A stretch of 64,000 nt of DNA, from NCBI GenBank assembly GCA_958367245.1, contig CATXEA010000003.1, forward strand, positions 20,331 through 84,330, in the 5' to 3' direction. This DNA comes from an uncultured Blautia sp. (lineage in GTDB: Bacteria > Bacillota > Clostridia > Lachnospirales > Lachnospiraceae). The position numbers and the translations under genes were made by a program. A model generated the notes under the pieces. It had not been told where the DNA came from. It saw only the letters and a list, made by a program, of their open reading frames with translations, and did no database searches. Below, one piece after another: positions 17,171 through 26,314 of this stretch. Within the stretch, counting starts at the first letter, position 1, and each line of letters starts with the position of its first letter.

Positions 17171-19386
17171 AGACGGGAATGATTATAGCGGAACGCTATG
17201 AAATTTTAGGAAAAATCGGTACCGGCGGAATGGCGGATGTCTATAAGGCGAAGGATCATAAGCTGAACCGTTTTGTGGCTATAAAGGTGCTGAAGCCCGA
17301 ATTCAGGGAAGATACGACATTTATTCGCAAATTCCGCAGCGAGGCTCAGGCAGCAGCCGGATTGACACATCCGAATATTGTAAATGTATTTGACGTAGGA
17401 GACGATGAAGGCGTTTACTACATCGTTATGGAACTGATCGAAGGAATTACCCTGAAGGAATATATTTCCAAGAAGGGCAGACTTTCTGTCAAGGAAGCGA
17501 CAAGTATCGCGATTCAGGTATCTATGGGACTGGAGGCGGCTCACAGCCACGGGATTGTACACCGTGATGTGAAACCGCAGAATATCATTATTTCCATGGA
17601 CGGTAAGGTAAAGGTAACTGATTTCGGTATTGCCCGCGCGGCATCCTCTAATACAATCAGTTCCAATGTAATGGGCTCTGTTCATTACAGTTCTCCGGAA
17701 CAGGTAAGAGGCGGATACAGTGATGAGAAAAGTGATATCTATTCACTTGGTATCACGCTTTATGAAATGGTGACAGGAAGGGTTCCGTTTGACGGGGACA
17801 CGACTGTGGCGATTGCGATTAAGCATCTTCAGGAGGAAATGGTTCCTCCGAGTATTTATGCAGAAGATCTTCCGAATAGTCTGGAGCAGATTATCTCTAA
17901 ATGTACACAGAAGAGCGTTGACCGCCGTTACAGCCGCATGGAGGATGTGATAGCAGATCTGAAGCATTCTCTTATCGACCCTCAGGGAGATTTCGTTAAG
18001 CTGACGTCTGTAGATACAGAGGCTAAGACTGTGGTTATTTCCGATAAAGAATTAGGTGAGATTAAACATACGCCGAAACAGATTTCGAAACAGGAAGCAG
18101 CGAGTCTGGAAGCTGAGGTAAATGAGACAGATTACGAGGATTCCGAGGAAGAAATTTACAGACGAAAACAGCAGAAGCGTGATACAGGCAGAAGAAGCAG
18201 CAGTACGTCTTCTGGAGGCGGGCGTCGGAAATCAAAGAAAAAGAGAGGCGTCAGTCATGGTCTTACGATAGTTGCATTTATCGGCGGAGCAGCGATTCTG
18301 ATAGCGGCAATCTTTTTTATTGCCCGTACAGCAGGACTTATCGGCGGAGACAAAAATCCGGCAGAGGGACAGAAGCAGGAACAGAATCAGCCGAAGGATG
18401 ACGAGAGCCTTGTAGTAGTTCCTGATCTGGTAGGAAAAACCGAAACAGAAGCAACAGAGATAACGAAGGATATGCATCTTGGAATTCAGTTCATGGGAGA
18501 AGAGGCTTCTACTCAGGAAAAGGGCAGAATAAGCAGACAGGACATTGAACCGGGAGAAAAGGTTCAGGCATATTCAATCATACAGTATTATGTCAGCAAG
18601 GGCGCGCAGGAAGTGAAGGTTCCGGATACAGACGGACGTACAGGAATCGAGGCGCAGCAGATTCTTGAGGATATGGGATTCACAGTAACTGTACAGAAAG
18701 AATACAGTGAACTGGATGAGAATGGTTATCCTTTTGTAGACCCGGGCTACGCATACTATACGATACCGGAAGCAGGTACAACTGTGAAATCAACAGATAC
18801 CATTACGCTGGTCATCAGCCGTGGCGTAGATTACGGAGACAGTTTTGAAGTACCGAGTGTTGTTGGTACTCAGAGAGATGAAGCGATTACCGCTCTGGGT
18901 AAATTCCTGGATGTCAGAGTTGAGGAACAGATGAGCGCTGAAGTTCCGGCAGGAGAAGTTATTTCCCAGAGTCCGGACGCTTATGAATGGGTAGATCCGG
19001 ATGACGGTATTACAATTACAGTCAGTACAGGAAACACAGATCCTTCCGCAGCAAAAGCGGAAACAACGGATAACGGAGCGACAGCACAGCAGTCTGCAGC
19101 GCAGCAGCAGGCAGCGGCAAACGGTGAGGTATGGAAATGTACGCAGAGTCTGAATACACCGACAGGATATGCGGGAGGCCCTGTACGTCTGGAACTGATT
19201 CAGGAAGTCGGCGGTGAATCCAAGGCATCTGTTGTAGTGGAGGGACAGGTTCTGCAGTTCCCGTATGACCTTAATATCACAGGAGCGCCGGGAGTGAGTG
19301 ACGGAACTCTTTATCTTTCCGAAGAAGTCAACGGAACGTATAAGGAGCTTGGACATTATCCGATTAAATTCTCGAAGGCAGAGTGA
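17164..19386 (+). CDS. prkC: Ser/Thr protein kinase PrkC with TM and three PASTA repeats plus extra C-terminal domain
   Basis: Hanks kinase motifs GGMADVY, HRDVKPQN, DFGIA; TM at aa ~365-385; PASTA-like repeats VPDLVGK, VPDTDGR, VPSVVGT. Confidence 0.9.
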   Translation: MLKTGMIIAERYEILGKIGTGGMADVYKAKDHKLNRFVAIKVLKPEFREDTTFIRKFRSEAQAAAGLTHPNIVNVFDVGDDEGVYYIVMELIEGITLKEYISKKGRLSVKEATSIAIQVSMGLEAAHSHGIVHRDVKPQNIIISMDGKVKVTDFGIARAASSNTISSNVMGSVHYSSPEQVRGGYSDEKSDIYSLGITLYEMVTGRVPFDGDTTVAIAIKHLQEEMVPPSIYAEDLPNSLEQIISKCTQKSVDRRYSRMEDVIADLKHSLIDPQGDFVKLTSVDTEAKTVVISDKELGEIKHTPKQISKQEAASLEAEVNETDYEDSEEEIYRRKQQKRDTGRRSSSTSSGGGRRKSKKKRGVSHGLTIVAFIGGAAILIAAIFFIARTAGLIGGDKNPAEGQKQEQNQPKDDESLVVVPDLVGKTETEATEITKDMHLGIQFMGEEASTQEKGRISRQDIEPGEKVQAYSIIQYYVSKGAQEVKVPDTDGRTGIEAQQILEDMGFTVTVQKEYSELDENGYPFVDPGYAYYTIPEAGTTVKSTDTITLVISRGVDYGDSFEVPSVVGTQRDEAITALGKFLDVRVEEQMSAEVPAGEVISQSPDAYEWVDPDDGITITVSTGNTDPSAAKAETTDNGATAQQSAAQQQAAANGEVWKCTQSLNTPTGYAGGPVRLELIQEVGGESKASVVVEGQVLQFPYDLNITGAPGVSDGTLYLSEEVNGTYKELGHYPIKFSKAE

Positions 19387-19389
19387 TTT

Positions 19390-20268
19390 ATGCAGGGAAA
19401 AATTATAAAAGGAATTGCCGGATTTTATTATATTCACGCAGAAAACAGCGAGGTATATGAATGCAAAGCGAAAGGGATTTTCCGCAAGGATAATCAAAAG
19501 CCGCTGGTAGGAGATAATGTGGAGATTGAAATTCTGGACGAGAAGGAGAAGGTGGGAAATATTACCGCCATCCTTCCCAGAAAGAATGCGCTTATCCGTC
19601 CGGCAGTGGCGAATGTTGATCAGGCTTTCGTCATTTTTGCAATGGAGAATCCGAAACCGAACTTTCTGCTTCTTGACAGATTTCTGATTATGATGGAGCA
19701 GCAGGGAGTACCGGCTGTAATCTGTTTTAACAAAAAAGATCTGGCAGCGCAGGAAGAACTGGAATTTCTCTGCGAGACATATAAAGGATGCGGATATCAC
19801 GTAATCCTTTCCAGCGCTCTTAAAGGCGAGGGGCTGGAAGAAATCAGACAGATACTCAGAGGGAAGACCACAGTTGTGGCAGGTCCTTCCGGTGTCGGGA
19901 AATCTTCCTTGACCAATGCGCTTCAGGAGGGAGTGCAGATGGAGACTGGGGAAATCAGCAGGAAACTGAAAAGAGGACGTCATACGACGAGACATTCTCA
20001 GGTGATTCCGGTAGAAGAGGATACCTATCTGGTGGATACGCCGGGATTTTCTTCCCTGTACCTTACAGATATGGAGGAACAGGAACTGAAGGATTATTTC
20101 CCGGAATTTCGGGAGTATGAAGGGAAATGCAGATTTCAGGGATGCAGGCATATCCATGAACCGCAGTGCGCGGTAAAGGAAGCGCTGGAGAATCATAAAA
20201 TCAGCAGTCTCAGGTATGAGGATTATCTTGGACTTTACGAAGAATTGAAAGAGAAAAGGAGATACTAA
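19390..20268 (+). CDS. rsgA: Ribosome small-subunit-dependent GTPase A (RsgA/CpgA)
   Basis: 292 aa; circularly permuted GTPase motifs NKKD then GPSGVGKSS; C-terminal Cys/His zinc site CRFQGCRHIHEPQC. Confidence 0.85.
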   Translation: MQGKIIKGIAGFYYIHAENSEVYECKAKGIFRKDNQKPLVGDNVEIEILDEKEKVGNITAILPRKNALIRPAVANVDQAFVIFAMENPKPNFLLLDRFLIMMEQQGVPAVICFNKKDLAAQEELEFLCETYKGCGYHVILSSALKGEGLEEIRQILRGKTTVVAGPSGVGKSSLTNALQEGVQMETGEISRKLKRGRHTTRHSQVIPVEEDTYLVDTPGFSSLYLTDMEEQELKDYFPEFREYEGKCRFQGCRHIHEPQCAVKEALENHKISSLRYEDYLGLYEELKEKRRY

Positions 20269-20937
20269 ATGATGTATCAATTGTGCCCTTCGATTTTGGC
20301 AGCAGATTTTAACAGACTGGGGGAGCAGATTAAAGCGTTGGAAGCAGAAGGTGTGGAGTGGCTTCACATTGATGTTATGGACGGGGATTTCGTACCGAGC
20401 ATTTCTTTTGGAATGCCGGTAATCAAGTCTATTCGTAAAGAATCCAGACTGTTCTTCGATGTACATCTGATGGTTACAGAGCCGGAAAGATATATTCAGG
20501 ATTTCGTCAACTGCGGAGCTGATTCCATCACAGTACATGCGGAAGCGTGTGAGGATTTGGAAAGAACGGTGGAACTGATTCGCGATGCAGGAGTAAAAGT
20601 GGGGGTTTCCATTAAGCCTGCTACACCTGTAAACGATATCAGTCATCTTCTTCCGGATATTGATATGGTCCTTATTATGACTGTGCAGCCGGGCTTCGGA
20701 GGTCAGAAGTACATGGATGAATGTACAGAAAAAATCCGGGAAGTTCGTGAACTGATCAGCAGAGAGGAGTTAGACGTTGATGTGGAGGTCGATGGCGGAA
20801 TTACAGATGGAACGCTGGAAACAGTAATAGAAGCTGGTGCAAATATTATCGTTGCGGGTTCTTATGTTTTTAACGGAGACCTTCAGACAAATGTGAAAAA
20901 AATCCTTACAAAGATGAATGAACTTAGCGAGGAATAA
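20269..20937 (+). CDS. rpe: Ribulose-phosphate 3-epimerase
   Basis: 222 aa; HIDVMDG and MTVQPGFGGQ motifs; start overlaps rsgA stop (TAAATG). Confidence 0.9.
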   Translation: MMYQLCPSILAADFNRLGEQIKALEAEGVEWLHIDVMDGDFVPSISFGMPVIKSIRKESRLFFDVHLMVTEPERYIQDFVNCGADSITVHAEACEDLERTVELIRDAGVKVGVSIKPATPVNDISHLLPDIDMVLIMTVQPGFGGQKYMDECTEKIREVRELISREELDVDVEVDGGITDGTLETVIEAGANIIVAGSYVFNGDLQTNVKKILTKMNELSEE

Positions 20938-20952
20938 ATAACGAGGAACAGT

Positions 20953-21624
20953 ATGACAGATACAGTGATCGTAAGCGGGGGCAATATCCAGACTGGTTTT
21001 GCCCTCGATTTTTTGGAAAAACTGACACAGGAACAACAAAAAAAAGAACTGCTTCTTATTGCGGCTGACAAAGGACTGGAGTTTTTTATGGAAACGGGGA
21101 TAGTGCCGGATGCCGCAGTGGGGGATTTCGACAGCCTTTCAGAAAAAGGAAAGGAATATCTTGCCTGTCACAGTCAGATAGAGGTAAAAAAACTAAGACC
21201 GGAAAAGGATGATTCGGATACACAGTGCGCCCTTTATCTGGCGGAAGAAAAGGGAGGAAAAAATATCCTTCTCCTTGGGGCGACAGGCACAAGGCTTGAC
21301 CATGTTATCGCAAACATGGAGCTTCTTCTCCTTGGAAAAAAGAGAGGACTTACTGTTGCAATGGCAGACAGAAATAATTACATTTCTCTTATAGAGAGTG
21401 GTTTTGAAATAAAAAGAACCGGACAATTCGGGAAGTATATCTCTTTTTTCCCTATGGGAGGAGATGTGCGGGGGCTGACACTGGAAGGATTCAAATATCC
21501 TCTTGACAGACATTATCTCACCGCATCAGACAGCGGCCTTACCGTGAGCAACGAAATCATGGAAGACACGGGAAAGGTAACATTTGAGTCAGGAAACCTG
21601 CTTATGATTATGTCCCGGGATTGA
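20953..21624 (+). CDS. thiN: Thiamine diphosphokinase (pyrophosphokinase)
   Basis: 223 aa; conserved position after rpe as in Bacillus yloS; GDFDS and LLGATGTRLDH motifs. Confidence 0.75.
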   Translation: MTDTVIVSGGNIQTGFALDFLEKLTQEQQKKELLLIAADKGLEFFMETGIVPDAAVGDFDSLSEKGKEYLACHSQIEVKKLRPEKDDSDTQCALYLAEEKGGKNILLLGATGTRLDHVIANMELLLLGKKRGLTVAMADRNNYISLIESGFEIKRTGQFGKYISFFPMGGDVRGLTLEGFKYPLDRHYLTASDSGLTVSNEIMEDTGKVTFESGNLLMIMSRD

Positions 21625-21716
21625 GAATACGCCTCTGGACGCAGGAGAATTGTTATGGTAGAATAATGTAAATATTTGTAATTTTAACACTAACATACAG
21701 AAAGAAAGGACTTACT

Positions 21717-22814
21717 ATGAAACTTGGTATTGTAGGTTTACCTAATGTAGGAAAAAGTACATTGTTTAACTCTTTGACAAAAGCAGGAGCAGAGTCTGCA
21801 AACTATCCGTTCTGTACGATTGACCCGAATGTGGGCGTTGTAACAGTACCGGATGAGAGACTGAAGCTTCTCGGGGATTTCTATCATTCTAAAAAAGTGA
21901 CCCCGGCAGTAATTGAATTCGTAGATATTGCAGGGCTTGTGAAAGGCGCTTCCAAGGGCGAAGGTCTTGGAAACCAGTTCCTTGCAAATATTCGTGAGGT
22001 GGATGCGATTGTCCACGTTGTACGCTGCTTCGAGGATTCCAATGTCATTCATGTGGATGGATGCATTGACCCTCTTCGCGATATCGAAACCATTAATCTG
22101 GAGCTGATTTTCTCAGATTTGGAAATTCTTGAGAGAAGAATCGCAAAAGTAACAAAGACAGCCCGTATGGATAAGGAGGCAGCCAAAGAACTTGACTTCC
22201 TTGAGAAAGTAAAGAAACATCTGGAAGACGGACAGATGGCAATTTCCATGGAACTGGAGTCAGAGGATGAAGAAGGATGGATGGGAACATATAATCTTCT
22301 TACATGGAAACCTGTTATCTACGCTGCGAATGTTCTGGAAGACGACCTTGCAGATGACGGCGCGTCCAATGCTCATGTGGAGGCAGTTCGTAAATTTGCG
22401 GCAGAACAGAACAGTGAGATTTTTGTAATCTGCGCACAGATTGAGCAGGAAATCGCAGAGCTTGATGACGATGAGAAAAAGATGTTTCTGGAGGACCTTG
22501 GACTTACAGAGTCAGGCCTTGAGAAGCTTGTACGCGCAAGCTACCATCTCCTTGGTCTTATGAGCTTCCTGACATCAGGAGAAGATGAGACAAGAGCATG
22601 GACCATTAAGATTGGAACAAAGGCTCCTCAGGCAGCAGGAAAAATCCACACGGATTTCGAAAGAGGATTTATTAAGGCTGAGGTTGTCAATTATCAGGAT
22701 CTTCTGGACTGCGGTTCTTATGCAGGCGCCAGAGAAAAAGGTCTGGTACGAATGGAAGGGAAAGAATACGTTGTTCAGGACGGCGATGTGATTCTGTTCA
22801 GATTTAACGTATAA
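21717..22814 (+). CDS. ychF: Ribosome-binding ATPase YchF (Obg family)
   Basis: 365 aa; [10 protein letters not shown]-loop, C-terminal TGS domain. Confidence 0.9.
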   Translation: MKLGIVGLPNVGKSTLFNSLTKAGAESANYPFCTIDPNVGVVTVPDERLKLLGDFYHSKKVTPAVIEFVDIAGLVKGASKGEGLGNQFLANIREVDAIVHVVRCFEDSNVIHVDGCIDPLRDIETINLELIFSDLEILERRIAKVTKTARMDKEAAKELDFLEKVKKHLEDGQMAISMELESEDEEGWMGTYNLLTWKPVIYAANVLEDDLADDGASNAHVEAVRKFAAEQNSEIFVICAQIEQEIAELDDDEKKMFLEDLGLTESGLEKLVRASYHLLGLMSFLTSGEDETRAWTIKIGTKAPQAAGKIHTDFERGFIKAEVVNYQDLLDCGSYAGAREKGLVRMEGKEYVVQDGDVILFRFNV

Positions 22815-22825
22815 ACAGGTGATAT

Positions 22826-24040
22826 ATGGAGATGTCGATTCGTTTTCCCAAATTAGGACTGGGATTTGATTATGTGCCGAAATCATTTCAGGTTTTCGGC
22901 TTTGAAATAACCATATACGGGATTCTCATCGCTGTGGGAATGATTCTTGGCATCTCCTTTGTGGTGCTTGAAGCAAAGCGCAGTAACCAGAATCAGGATA
23001 AATATCTTGATATGATAATTCTTTCACTGGCTGCGGCAGTGGTGGGAGCACGGCTTTCTTATGTAGGATTGAACTGGACGCTTTACAGGGGAAATCCCAT
23101 GGAGATTTTTAATCTGAGAGGCGGAGGAATCTGGTTTTACGGAGGGCTTCTGGGAGGAATACTGGCAGCGGCTCTTTTCTGCAGAATCAGCAGTCTTCCT
23201 TTCTGGCAGATGGCAGATACGGCTGTCATGGGAATCCTGATAGGACAGGCAGTGGGACGCTGGGGGAACTTCTTTAACAGAGAATCCTTCGGGGAATATA
23301 CAGATGGTATCTTCGCCATGCAGCTTCCCATTTCAGCAGTCCGTTCCGGGGAAGTAACAGAACTGATGAGGGAGAATCTGATTTCAGAAGGAGGAATTTC
23401 CTATATTCAGGTGAGTCCTGTGTTTCTCTACGAGAGTTTGTGGTGTCTGCTTCTTTTTCTGATTCTTCTGGCAGTTAAGAGAAGGAAGAAATTTCATGGC
23501 GAAATTTTTATGCTCTATCTGGCAGGTTATGGACTGGGAAGATTTTTCTTTGAATGGATACGCACAGATAAGATTCTTATTCCCGGAACGAAAGTTGGTA
23601 TCGGTATCGTGATTTCTGCAGCTCTGTTTTTATTTTTTGTACCGGCAGTGTGGGTAAAACGAACTATGAGCAGGAAGCGGGCTGCGGCAAGAAAGCGAAG
23701 AAGAGAAAAAATATATCAGGCTCAGGAAGAGGCATACAGAATAGAAGATGAAAAGGATGCCGCCAGACAGGCGGAAAAAGAACAACATCCGGATGCCGAA
23801 AGCGATGCGTCCGTGGAAAATGCGGATTCTATGTCGGTTTCACAGGAAGAAATGGCAGGCGACGCCACTTCCGGAAATTCAGAGGAAACAGATTCTGATA
23901 ACTGGGAAAATTCCCGGTATGCTCATATAGCGGATGCATGGAGAACAGAAAGTTCTCCGAAAGAGGAAGAAGATAAGGAAGCCTCAGAAGTTTTTTCGGA
24001 AAAAGCAGAAGAAAAATCAGAAGAAAAAACAGAGGAATAA
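22826..24040 (+). CDS. lgt: Prolipoprotein diacylglyceryl transferase with ~135-aa acidic low-complexity C-terminal extension
   Basis: Lgt signature GQAVGRWGNFFNRE and multiple TM helices in first ~270 aa; tail rich in E/D/K/S. Confidence 0.8.
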   Translation: MEMSIRFPKLGLGFDYVPKSFQVFGFEITIYGILIAVGMILGISFVVLEAKRSNQNQDKYLDMIILSLAAAVVGARLSYVGLNWTLYRGNPMEIFNLRGGGIWFYGGLLGGILAAALFCRISSLPFWQMADTAVMGILIGQAVGRWGNFFNRESFGEYTDGIFAMQLPISAVRSGEVTELMRENLISEGGISYIQVSPVFLYESLWCLLLFLILLAVKRRKKFHGEIFMLYLAGYGLGRFFFEWIRTDKILIPGTKVGIGIVISAALFLFFVPAVWVKRTMSRKRAAARKRRREKIYQAQEEAYRIEDEKDAARQAEKEQHPDAESDASVENADSMSVSQEEMAGDATSGNSEETDSDNWENSRYAHIADAWRTESSPKEEEDKEASEVFSEKAEEKSEEKTEE

Positions 24041-24047
24041 GCAAAAA

Positions 24048-24089
24048 AGTACAGGAAATCCCGTCCGGAACCTGTACTTTCTTTTTTTG
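24048..24089 (+). terminator. Intrinsic terminator after lgt
   Basis: Stem agtacagg/cctgtact, 15-nt loop, T-run of 8+. Confidence 0.6.
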
Positions 24090-24160
24090 TGAAAGATGGT
24101 ATAAGTAGAAAAAAAGCGTATAACTTAATATAATTTTAATAAATTAAAAATAGATTCCCC

Positions 24161-24189
24161 TTGTTTTTTACGTTTAAATAGTTTAGAAT
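24161..24189 (+). promoter_or_regulatory. Sigma-A type promoter of the mraZ/dcw operon
   Basis: TTGTTT -35 (24161-66), 17-bp spacer, TAGAAT -10 (24184-89). Confidence 0.5.
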
Positions 24190-24198
24190 GATTACATA

Positions 24199-24235
24199 AG
24201 TGGTAGAAAGTGGTGAATAGTGGTGGAAAATGGGG
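24199..24235 (+). promoter_or_regulatory. MraZ operator: three direct AGTGGT repeats at exact 10-bp spacing (plus a fourth degenerate TGGGG)
   Basis: AGTGGTagaa AGTGGTgaat AGTGGTggaaaaTGGGG starting 10 bp downstream of -10. Confidence 0.55.
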
Positions 24236-24313
24236 CGCCGATGGCAGAGTGAACCATTGACACCCTGCGGAGTGCGAGGGGGAGACTTGCACTTACGAGA
24301 GTAGGTGAGTTTT

Positions 24314-24745
24314 ATGTTCATGGGAGAGTACAATCACACAATCGACGCGAAGGGGCGTATGATTATTCCCTCTAAGTTCAGGGAACTCTTAGGGGAAGAG
24401 TTCGTTTTGACAAAGGGACTTGACGGTTGTCTTTCCATTTATCCCATGGAAGAATGGGAAGTGTTTGAACAGAAACTCAGAGCTTTACCACTTACAAATA
24501 AGAACGCAAGAACCTTTTCACGATTCTTTGTTGCAGGTGCGACTACATGCGAGCTGGACAAGCAGGGGAGGATTCTCGTTCCTCAGACGTTACGGGAGTT
24601 CGCTGGTCTGGAGAAGGATGTAGTACTAACAGGAAATCTGAACAGGATTGAAGTGTGGAGCAAAGAAAAGTGGAGCGAAAACTGCAATTATGATGATATG
24701 GACAGTATTGCAGAAAGTATGCAGGATATGGGTATTATCATCTGA
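24314..24745 (+). CDS. mraZ: Transcriptional regulator MraZ
   Basis: Starts MFMGEY...DAKGRMIIP; two SpoVT/AbrB-like halves; SD AGGTGAG 5 nt before ATG 24314 (ORF-track GTG 24305 overlaps SD). Confidence 0.85.
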   Translation: MFMGEYNHTIDAKGRMIIPSKFRELLGEEFVLTKGLDGCLSIYPMEEWEVFEQKLRALPLTNKNARTFSRFFVAGATTCELDKQGRILVPQTLREFAGLEKDVVLTGNLNRIEVWSKEKWSENCNYDDMDSIAESMQDMGIII

Positions 24746-24780
24746 GCAGTTCGCCGGGGAAATCCAGACAGGAGACGGAT

Positions 24781-25713
24781 ATGACATTTGAACACAAATC
24801 TGTATTACTGGAAGAAACTATCCAGGGCTTAAGGGTAAAGCCGGACGGAATCTACGTGGATGGCACTTTAGGAGGAGCGGGACATGCCATTGAGGTATGT
24901 AAGAAACTTTCTGCCAAGGGGAGATTTATTGGTATAGATCAAGACCAGGATGCGATAATTGCTGCGAGTGAAAGGCTGGCCGCCTATGAACAGGCGACTG
25001 TCATTCGCAGCAATTATTGTTACATGGTGCAGGAACTGAAAGCCCGCGGAATTGAGAAAGTGGATGGAATTGTCTTAGACCTTGGAGTATCATCCTATCA
25101 GCTTGATAATGAAGAACGTGGCTTTACTTATCGCTTCGATGCGCCGCTTGATATGCGCATGGATCAGAGACAGAGCCAGACAGCCAGCGATATCGTCAAT
25201 GGCTATGAAGAAAAAGAATTATACCGTATCATCCGTGACTACGGAGAAGATAAATTCGCGAAGAATATTGCGAAACATATTGTTGCTGCCAGAGCACAGG
25301 CGCCTATTGAGACAACGGGAGAGCTTACTGAGATTATCCGAAGAGCGATTCCGATGAAAATGCAGGCGAAATCAGGACACCCTGCGAAGCGTACTTTCCA
25401 GGCGATCCGCATTGAATTGAACAGGGAGCTTGACGTACTTCGTGACTCCCTTGACGGAATGATTGATATGCTAAATGACGGCGGCAGAATCTGTATTATT
25501 ACCTTCCATTCACTGGAGGACAGGATTGTTAAGACGATTTTCAGAAAAAATGAAAATCCATGTACCTGTCCGCCGGATTTTCCCGTATGTGTATGTGGCA
25601 ATACATCGAAGGGAAAGGTTATCACCAGAAAGCCGATTCTTCCGAGTGATGAGGAAATGGAAGTAAATCCGCGTTCCAAAAGTGCGAAGCTTCGAATATT
25701 TGAACGGGGGTAA
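24781..25713 (+). CDS. rsmH: 16S rRNA (cytosine1402-N4)-methyltransferase RsmH (MraW)
   Basis: 310 aa; DGTLGGAGH and DLGVSS motifs. Confidence 0.9.
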   Translation: MTFEHKSVLLEETIQGLRVKPDGIYVDGTLGGAGHAIEVCKKLSAKGRFIGIDQDQDAIIAASERLAAYEQATVIRSNYCYMVQELKARGIEKVDGIVLDLGVSSYQLDNEERGFTYRFDAPLDMRMDQRQSQTASDIVNGYEEKELYRIIRDYGEDKFAKNIAKHIVAARAQAPIETTGELTEIIRRAIPMKMQAKSGHPAKRTFQAIRIELNRELDVLRDSLDGMIDMLNDGGRICIITFHSLEDRIVKTIFRKNENPCTCPPDFPVCVCGNTSKGKVITRKPILPSDEEMEVNPRSKSAKLRIFERG

Positions 25714-25745
25714 CCGTAACGATTTGTTTGTGAGAGAGGCAGGAA

Positions 25746-26306
25746 ATGGCGAAGACAACAAGAGCTGAAACAGCCCGAAGAAATATGAACAGCGCCAGAG
25801 TAAACAGGGGAGTATACGTAGAAGGGAGCGCTGCCAGACGTCTGGCAGAGGCGCCGGAGAGAAATTATCCGGCACGTCCTGCAAGGAAGAGGGTGCGTAC
25901 AGAGGCAAGGAGGCCACAGCAACAGGCACGGCCGAAGCACCAGACAAGCCAGCAGGCGCTCAGAAACAGAGAAAAAGCCATGGGGATGAGCCAGGGCTTT
26001 GTTGTGTTCCTTGCAATCGTATCGGCTGCCATTCTTTTTTGTGCAGTAAATTACCTCCAGTATAAGTCAGAAATTACAGGAAAGATGAGGAACATAGCAA
26101 CTCTGGAATCAGAGCTGGCGCAGTTAAAAGAAGATAACGATGCTTATTACAGTCAGGTGACTTCTATGGTAGATTTGGAACGGATTAAAAAAATTGCCAT
26201 AGGTCGTCTGGGCATGAAATACCCTGCTGAAGAACAGATTGTAACCTATCAGACAGAGGGAAGCAGCTACGTGAGACAGTACCAGGATATACCTGATTCA
26301 AAGTAG
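25746..26306 (+). CDS. ftsL: FtsL-like cell division protein (single TM + coiled coil) with long basic N-terminal region
   Basis: Position between rsmH and PBP gene; TM FVVFLAIVSAAILFCAVNYL followed by coiled-coil; ~80 aa Arg-rich N-terminus. Confidence 0.6.
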   Translation: MAKTTRAETARRNMNSARVNRGVYVEGSAARRLAEAPERNYPARPARKRVRTEARRPQQQARPKHQTSQQALRNREKAMGMSQGFVVFLAIVSAAILFCAVNYLQYKSEITGKMRNIATLESELAQLKEDNDAYYSQVTSMVDLERIKKIAIGRLGMKYPAEEQIVTYQTEGSSYVRQYQDIPDSK

Positions 26307-26314
26307 GTGAGTGA

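Noticed and set aside
18790-20646. 618-aa ORF on the minus strand
   Set aside because: Lies antisense to the well-supported prkC/rsgA/rpe genes. Its Cys/Arg/Phe-rich, low-complexity translation is typical of the reverse complement of a GA-rich coding strand, and it has no SD or recognisable domain.
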